A stretch of 60,162 nucleotides of DNA, counting the filler, from Platydemus manokwari (taxonomy: Eukaryota): NCBI GenBank assembly GCA_037951405.1. It is 6 parts of 6 records of this genome, joined end to end, with 100 filler letters (N's around TTAATTAATTAA, not from the genome) between each part and the next. Parts side by side here need not be neighbours in the genome. Positions count along the whole stretch, not along the records: positions 48,695 to 60,162 come from JBBMOY010659985.1; 5 more parts are not named here. The stretch is one strand, 5' to 3'. Every line of letters starts with the position of its first letter. Positions within the stretch are counted from its first letter, which is position 1. Shown here one piece after another: positions 51,811 through 60,162 of this stretch. A model generated the notes under the pieces. It saw only the letters and a program-made list of their open reading frames with translations. It made no database searches and was not told the DNA's origin. The position numbers were made by a program, and so were the translations under genes.

Positions 51811-52300
51811 TATTATTATTATTATTATTATTATTATTTATTGATTTTTCCTTATTAAATCGTAATTATCTTATGTGAATCCAACATTCCAAATACCCTT
51901 GTGGATTTGATATTCTGTGGACTACTGAATTCTCTGAATATTCACAGTCACTACAGGAAATACCGTTGATTTTCTTTAAGGTCATTTACTCCTTATCATG
52001 ACCCACAAGATGGTTGACTTGGAACTGATAAAGTTAACTAAACTAGTTAATAATAACACACTATAATAAAGGCTTTTTATAAGTAGGTCATTAAAATATC
52101 TGTATAGCAAAAAGCTTTCATATAAACTTATATGATTATCTATCAATGAGATCAAGAACTCCGCGTGTGTATTTCAAACATAGAGCCCATTCTCTCCACC
52201 GCCATTATGGCTATCATTTCAAAACTTATTTTGTATACATTTATAATATTTGGGTTATTTGTTTCACGACTTTAGAATAGCCGCTTTCTTGAATACTATT
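51560..52300 (-). mobile_element. Degenerate retroviral-type integrase fragment
   Basis: Minus strand MNATAKGIVNIF...EIWITDGNEMYKSFNAFLTSNG resembles the rve core (I.TDNG.EF...F..FL...G). Interrupted by stops and a microsatellite. Confidence 0.35.
51775..51838. repeat. (AAT)n/(ATT)n head-to-head microsatellite palindrome
   Basis: Spacer-less inverted repeat centred at 51809/51810. Confidence 0.9.
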
Positions 52301-52564
52301 GTTATTCACACCAACAGACTCTATCATGCGTTTTAATGAAACTTCGATTGAGATCTGATTTCCAAAACATACTTCATTAATAATATGTCATCTAGATTCA
52401 TAGTTCATTTAGGATGTCTTTTAATTTTATTTCTTGTTTTAGCTCGGAATTTATTACTCTTTTAACCACTTAGAAGTATCTCCCACAATTGATTTCCTGG
52501 TGCTCGTTTTGAAACAATATTAATTGGAGCAGTGTTATTGGAAATTATTAGATTTAAAATTATT

Positions 52565-53352
52565 GGCTAAAGTTAATGAAAAGGGTCCTAAAATGAAATT
52601 TTTACTTTGTTGAGCGTATTGTAAAAATCTATATACTTTAAAATCCCGAGTATAAGATGCAGCTAATACGTACATAATGGCAACATTTTTGAATTGCAGC
52701 TAAAATGGTGTGCAGCTTATAGAACTAAAAAACAATTCAAATCGAAGATAAGATTATTTATTTCAATTTTCAACATCACACTTCTCAAAATCTCAATACA
52801 TTTTTATAAAAATGTCATCTGCAGCTAATACGTGCTGCAGCTTATACTCGGGATTTTACAGTAGTTTATTTAATGATATTCTTTAAAAACATTTTGAATT
52901 TTTTAATATAAGTATTGAAGAAGAATTTTAGTTGTTTGAAATCAGATATTAAACAGACTAGAGTTACAAATCTCCTACAATTTGTTCATTTGAAAAAGTA
53001 TCAAAAGAGGAATTTATTGAAAATTATCGAAGTCCGCTTTTATAACATTAGAGGTAAGTCGAGAGGTACTTAAACGTCTTACAATTACTTTATAAGAATA
53101 ACCAATGATATTATTAAACATTTCTGTTATTATCTAACTCGATTTATAATTATAAAGATGTAAATTTAAAAACTCAAATAATCATATGGAAGTGTTGTGA
53201 TTAGAATGGGAACTTGGTTTTAAACTATGTTTTGTCATTATTAGATATCTCAAAAAATGAGATATTAACTGAATTATACGAATAAATCAAACATAACAGT
53301 GATATATAAAATTATCTCATGCGAGAAAATTCATTATTACGAAAGTGGGTCA
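52565..53352 (+). mobile_element. GGCTAAAG-TIR family element carrying a pogo-like MITE
   Basis: Left TIR GGCTAAAGTTAATGAAAAGGGTCC. Body collinear with 42250-42763. Right TIR truncated. Confidence 0.7.
52636..52861. mobile_element. pogo/Tc2-like MITE (226 bp)
   Basis: TA-flanked ~28 bp TIRs CTTTAAAATCCCGAGTATAAGATGCAGC / rc CTGTAAAATCCCGAGTATAAGCTGCAGC. Confidence 0.85.
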
Positions 53353-56173
53353 AATGTATTCTTACATCTTTTTAAATGTTTGGTTAATATTTATTTATAA
53401 AATTCTAATGCAATAAACACTAACTTCGATTCTTGTAATCTTTTTAGATTTGAAATTTCTATCCAATATCCACGGTCTGCTGTTCATTTCCTTTGTTATT
53501 CGACATTCAAAATGGATGGAAGATGATTACCTCCGATTGTGCTGCATGATGCGCTTCCGAAGTAATCAACAGCGGGTTGGGTTGTAAACACTGCACCTCA
53601 CCGTACAAAAATTTATTCATTTTAAATTCTCTTGAAAATAATCGAATAAAAACGAGATTGAATTAGGAAAACATTTTCGATAAGAGCTACAATTTCCTAG
53701 GTTAAGTGATGAATATCAATTAATTATTGATAAAATTGAAATAAGTACTCCATATTTTCATTTGAGTTGAAATGGGATTTTCCCATAAATACCCAAACGA
53801 TTTGGGCATTGTTTTTTTGGATTTAATAATGTCCAGTGCGGGTAAATATTTCCTGTTTATCAATGGTTACGACATTAGTCGACATTGCACTTAATGGCGC
53901 TTTATTGGTATTCAATTGTTCGTCAAAATCTATATGGCGGGAATATGCATTGTATATATCAATAAATAAGCGAATTAAATGGTTTAAACAAATTTTTTTG
54001 CCTGTACTGATTAACCACGATTGAGATAAAACAATTATGATGTGCGCACATATTAATAATAATAATAATAATAATAATCAAGAACGTCACAGTAAAATTG
54101 CTTGACTAACTGCACGATTAACAGAAACGGTTTTCCTTAATTTATGAGGAATAATTGACTCATAATAATTAGCATTGCATTGTGTTATTTCTTTTTCTTT
54201 GACTGCTCAGCAAAGACTCATCTACAAATCCTTGGAACAATGGCAGTTTTTGTATTTAAATTAATAGCAAACAAAGTTGATCATCATTGATACAAGTTTG
54301 TGAGTAGATAGAGGGACTCAGAATTAAGTTTATTGCTCTCGTTACAATTAAAATAGATCCATATATATATGGATTTATAATTGTTGTTGTTATTGTTGTT
54401 GTTTCGGGCGAAGAGCAAATAATTATTTAAGCAAGAATGATTTTTAAACAATAAAGATATCAGAAACAGATACTACTTGTTAAGGAAGACATAGAAACAT
54501 AGAGAATCTGCCAATTTGCATCTATCTATAATGTAGATTATTTTGAAACCCTTTGAAAGAATAATTAATAATACTTCTCATTTAAGAATTTATTTTCTGT
54601 ATTTTCCATTGGTTAAGATCGAATGAATTACTATGACCCGGAAATGGATTTTTATAAACCTATTTCTCGTAGACAGTCAGTATTTTATCTGATTTCCTGG
54701 GACAATTATTTCAACTTCTTTTTGGTCATTGGTATTTATGGATTTTTAAATGAAAATATTATCCAATTGTCTCGATAAGGTTCTTTAAATTACTCTGAAG
54801 ACAATATAAACCAACCACATCAAATATTAAAAATAAAAAGCACCGCTAAAATAAGACGATGAACGACAACGGAAAATTTATCATGACATCATTAGACAAT
54901 TCGTTAATTCTGACATGATAATTTCTTTCTTGATCTAGATTACACGCCTTTTGAATATGACGCAATTGAAAATTGTATTACATCATTTTGAAAATGATTT
55001 ACAGTTGCAAGAGTCTATCAAAATTTCAATAAACTGAATCAGTTTCAAACAAATTATATCGATAACTTATAGTTTTTAGTATAGATTTATTTTCTATTTA
55101 AAATGATGAATTGGTTTGGAAAGTAAATTAAATTTATCTCGCAATACATCTTTATTGATTATTTTGTCATTACTTGGGTTCAGATTTACAGTAAGGCTGC
55201 ATTAGATTTGGGTGATTCGATTCTTTCAAGTGCCTTTAAAACAAATTTTTCTTTTTATCATTAAAATTAATGACATCATTTTCTGAACTGGGAATAATTT
55301 TTGTTTGCAAGATATGTCTTGAAAATCTTTCACAGCAAACAGCTTTCATAGTACTTAAATTTCTTATTCGAAAATTCTTTAATTTAATTAGTTATCGCGT
55401 ATTATTGTTATGAGTAAATGTAAATAAAATCGAAATCTAAAAATAACTTTGTTTTCAACATTTTAATCGTGATATATATATATATAGAGAGAGAGAGAGA
55501 GGGGGGACTTGGTTACTCATATCATCAATAATTATATAAATTCTGTGACAATGAGCTTGATGAATGATAAACAATTGCAATTGATGATGATGTAATAGAA
55601 ATGTAAATGTTCTTACTCAGTCTTGCAAGATCATACACATAAAACAATTAAACTGCCGAGAGCTGGCATGATTGATAAAAATAATTATTTTGGATATCTT
55701 ATCAATCTTATCAGCGTGCTTCAAATAATTGAAAATTTCGGTATAAGGAATGCATTTGAGGCCAACCATATCTAGCTTGGAACACCAGAAGAACATTTCG
55801 AAATAATAAGTTAATAATTATAATATCTTAATCTTATATTTACAAATGATAATTAGATGTTATCATTCATGGTTAATTAGATACATCAAGTGGAACATCA
55901 AAACGGAATTCTGGTTTTCTTACGATTATATCTTTAGCCACATCTCTATTTCTGACCGGTAATTATTCTGATTCTTCATCATTATTTCAGTTCAATCTAC
56001 ACAGTTTAAGTTTATAATATTCTCTCATTATTTACAAATTCTGTTATTCCAAATTAGTTATTATCTGTGAGAGACAAATATGGATCTACACTCATATTTC
56101 CTTACATATAAAATTCACCTGGTCTTTATTGATTTCCATTTCTAAAGATATGTACCATCTTCGTTCATATATA

Positions 56174-56697
56174 CTGCAAAATCCCAAATATACGCTACCC
56201 AACTAAACAGCTATAAAGAGGGCATTTTCAGGTTGTAATTTTAGTCGTATAAGCTCCACCATTTGTAAATTTCTATAACAGATATAAGCAATAAATTTAC
56301 TCATATTTTGCAATATATCTTTAATTTTTAACTCCATATTAAAAATGGAAAGTAATAGCGAACTAAAACAAAAGAAACAACGAATATCTTACAGTTCAGC
56401 AAAAAAAATTATAAACTTTTGAAAGATCAGGTCAATTAGCAATCTCGTAAGAAGCTGCCTGATAATATGATATCCATAAAACTGTGATTCGACAGTGGAT
56501 CTTCCAAGAACCTGATATCAAAGCAATTAATCCAAATCCCGGATATCCGGAATTGGAATCAAAATTACACCAACGATTACCAATGCAACGTGAACGAGAA
56601 CTTTAAGTATCAGTTGTAGGAATTCATGATACCTACACTTCAAACATATTTCGATTTTACCTGTATAACCTGCAGCTTATACAAAGGGTTTTTTCAG
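56174..56697 (+). mobile_element. Internally deleted pogo/Tc2-like element with transposase N-terminal remnant
   Basis: Degenerate TIRs related to the 52636 MITE (CTGCAAAATCCC.. / ..CTGCAGCTTATAC...TTTTCAG, TA-flanked). Inside are MESNSELKQKKQRISYS.. and GYPELESKLH (CENP-B-type HTH remnant). Confidence 0.7.
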
Positions 56698-59114
56698 TAT
56701 AGATAGTAGTTTATATTATAAGAAATTAAATTTTTATTATAAGTAATTTTAATGTAAAGCAAATCAAGCTTAAAAATCACGAGAATTTAAAATTTTTCTT
56801 CAAAATTTTATCTTAGAAATATTAACCATCACAAATGGAAATAAAAATGCTCCAATAACTTGTTCATCGAAATAAATCTGTAATAAATCGCAAATGGATT
56901 TCAATTTAGAACAAACTTAATAGACGTGATATTGACTGAGTTCGATTGTAAATAAGAAAGAAAGAGAGAAAATGAGATATCTTGAGGGAAATTTTGTCGA
57001 TAAACTAGCCCGTAGCCATAATTCTATCAGTTAACTTGTATGACATTATCGTATCGAATTTGAGAGACTAAAATTTGAACTACTGTTTAATTCGAGAAGA
57101 ATACAAATGACAAAAATTAAAGAAAACTTTTTAGCTAAGATTAAAACATTTAATTTTACCATTGTGTTTTCCCAGTTTGAAATCGATAATTTCATTGACG
57201 ATTTATCAATTATCTATGTGGTTGCATTATCAAATAAACCATCGTTTTACTGGCGTGGAAATATTAAATTTAGAAAGTCTTGTACCATGCATAAGCAACA
57301 ATAGAAAATATAAATATCTCCCCCATTAAAATTACGAAATCCATAATAAACATAGCTCTCTTAAGCTCCATTCAAGCAATTGAACATTGTCCCTAGAGAT
57401 ACGCATCCAGAAATTTTACTGGATGCTATCAAATATGCTTTTAAGAAACTTGATATTTGCTATAAAAATGATGAACATGGATTAAGAAATGTTTAGATTA
57501 AAGCTCGATCTGACTATTTTCTATATCAGGATGAGAATAGAATATTTCATTTCTCTGACATTGATTTTGTATGTTTGTTGCGAGATATTAAAGAAATCGA
57601 TCATATATTTTAAAACTTTGGTGACGTATTTATTAGCCATTTCATATAAAAATTCTGATGAATCATAATATAAATTCTGCCGTCGACTTCCATCGAACCC
57701 ATAAACAAAATTTCGAAAGTAATCAAACTAGAAAAACTAATCTATAAAAGAATTCCAAATAATACGGACAAAATTTTTGACTAAACAAAAAAAGAAGTCA
57801 TTGTCAACTGATAATTTCCTTCGTGAATTATTCCATCACATTCTGTCCAAAAAACCAACCAATGCACAGACAACAAAATCAAATTCATTGATTCGACAAA
57901 ATTCGTATTGAAAAAGAAATATATATAATTCGCAAATGGCCTCTAACAGTCACGCACCATTTCTATGGAATTGCCAAAATATCATTATCACAATAGCAAA
58001 AAAAATAAGAAATTAATTTTCCTAAAATTTTATCTCCCAATTCCATTTCTCTCCTCTGTTTTTCGCTGCCTCGGCCTTATGTTTCTGTGGCCGATCGGTT
58101 TTCATCGAATTAAATATAAAAGACAAAATGAAAACTTTAAAAAAACTTTATTTCATCAATATTTCTCTTCAGTGCAAATTAAAGGCCTCAAACTGAAATC
58201 ACTGTACACAAAATGAGAATGATGCGATGGCCCATGAAATTGCCATTAATAGTCCTTGACAATAAAATAAGAAAATATGCTGATACAACTGGTTTTTGAA
58301 ATTCAGTGCAGTATTCAAAAAAATCATTTTATACTATTATTATTGTTGTTATTTTTTTGTAATGGATTCAATAAGTTTTTTTTTTACAATCCGATAAATT
58401 TCTTTACATCGATTAAACAATATCCTATTTACAAAATAATTCACAGACATTTCCATCACTTCTCTGCTTTGACTAACTTTTCAATCAAAGCTCGAAGAAA
58501 TTTCGAATAAATAAAACCCAAATAAAACGTTAATCTTTATATAAAAATCAATCATTACAACATGTTGTATCGAAATTCAATGTGAAAAAACGGAAAATTA
58601 AAAATAAAAATTAATATCATATTTATTTTTTTTCCATTCCACTTCAATGTTTGCGCGGGACTGTGTTTGTGTGTGTATGTGTATGTATGAAATAATGTAT
58701 GCGTGTATGTATGTATGTGTGGTGTAGGACGTTTGTCATAAAAGAAACAGCATAAAATTAACAAATGCACATGCCGAGGCACAAATATTAAGCAAAGATT
58801 AATATCATCATCGTGACCATGGTAACAAATTTGTACACAATAGCAAAACATGTCAGCTATCAACAAAATATAGAATAACAAAAGAATGATATATAAAGCA
58901 ATTAATTTGTTCAAATACTCTGTTCTGTTGGGATTTTTTATTTTTGTTTGCACGATAATTATATTTAAAAATGAAACACACTCGGTGTTGTGAATGAAAA
59001 CAATTTGTTTGTTTTGTTTTGATTGAATCTTTGATAGGCGCTGCCGATTAAGAGATTTGCTGTTGATAAAAACTGCTCACTGGACATACATATGCATATT
59101 TATGTATATATATT

Positions 59115-59903
59115 TCAGTGCTGACTGTTTTCGTCGAGCTTTGACATTTCGTTCTCATCAGTGTCCTGCTGTGACATGTCGTAATAATCGTCGGCAGACC
59201 CTTCACTGGTAGTTTTGTTGTCGTTTTGAAATTTATCTAACGATCTTCGACGAGCATTCATGAAGAAATTGGCAACGGTTGATAATTCCAAATGGAGTTG
59301 TTGAGCAATAGTCGTTTGCATATCTTTGCTGGGTCGTTTTGTTTCTTTGAAGATTGCATGCAGTGTTCGCCGCTGAATATCGGTAAAGACCAATCTGGGT
59401 TTTTTCGATCCGGAATTTTGAGACTGTTGAAAATCGTCGAGTTTCCTTTTGAAAGCTAAAACCATTTGATAATAGATTGTTACAGATGAATGAATAACGA
59501 ATCTCGAACTAACATTCTTTCAAAAAAGCCATCCTTTGTTGTTCGGGTTCCTGTAACCATTTCCACATTTTTCTGAACGTTTCACGACCAGATTTCAATT
59601 TGTTCCAAGGTTTGGGATTTCTTAATAAATCTGACAAAGTGCCTTGGCTTCGCTTTAATACCCGTTGAGCAAACACGGCCTGAGGAATTCCATATCGCTT
59701 CAGTTCCGAACAGATCTTACTGGCTATATCCTGATTAAAGGAATTAGAATCGTGTTTCATATTCATATTCACATTGTAAATGATAAACGTTTATCTTACC
59801 ACAGTGTCAAGATCGTTTTCATATACTTCTTGATAATGTTCGTCATCATCTCGATCATTTTCGTGGACATAACTTATCGAATTGGCGTTTTCTGAAGAAG
59901 TAG
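59115..59903 (-). CDS. onecut: Onecut/HNF6 transcription factor, last three exons (CUT domain + homeodomain); 5' part not identified in window
   Basis: Exons 59903-59800, 59730-59514, 59455-59115 (GT-AG, in frame). CUT domain DLDTV|DIASKICSELKRYGIPQAVFAQRVLKRSQGTLSDLLRNPKPW.KLKSGRETF. Homeodomain KKPRLVFTD.QRRTL...NFFMNARRRS with the Onecut-specific F48/M50. Confidence 0.96.
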
Positions 59904-60162
59904 CTAAAATAATAAAGATCAACGATTTATGTACACATTTATATAAAGTCTTGAAAATGTTTATGAATTATCGACACAGTGGTTATCGAATTTTATTTTA
60001 TTCATGAATAATTAAAATACTCCAATACAACATATACAACTTATTATTGTTAACGGAAGACCGGGAAACTTGAATTAAAATGGAAAAAAACAAATACTAT
60101 TGAAGTATGAAGTTATATTCAGCTATGAAAATAATAATCGTTAATAATAATGAAATCAACAT

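Noticed and set aside
58555-58953. 132-aa ORF downstream of onecut
   Set aside because: Low-complexity TG/TATG-rich sequence in the probable 3' UTR, with no recognisable domain.

Overview
Very AT-rich eukaryotic (invertebrate) genomic DNA with short GT-AG introns (often 41-76 nt). A planarian/triclad-like genome is my inference, not a proven assignment. The window is not one locus. Five identical 100-nt spacers (44 N + TTAATTAATTAA + 44 N) split it into six ~9-11 kb pieces that are probably unrelated scaffolds. Genes I could reconstruct by hand: (1) the 5' part of a type IV collagen chain (9 exons, signal peptide + 7S domain, cut at the first spacer); (2) the first exon of a small Cys/Trp-rich membrane protein; (3) an RFXANK/ANKRA2-like ankyrin gene tail-to-tail with (4) a complete 6-exon KCTD2/5/17-like BTB gene; (5) an intronless Ldh_2-family (malate/L-lactate-type) dehydrogenase; and (6) the 3' exons of a Onecut/HNF6 CUT-homeodomain gene. 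The rest is largely transposon debris: a full-length dead mariner in a nested insertion, the 5' LTR + PBS + leader of an LTR retrotransposon, pogo/Tc2-like MITE and relic, a hAT end, gag-pro and integrase relics, dispersed repeats and microsatellites. I see no strong evidence for a wholly new multi-gene system. The best leads are a tandem pair of degenerate hammerhead-ribozyme-like motifs (34038-34160), a recurrent conserved hairpin module, and tandem arrays in the retrotransposon leader.
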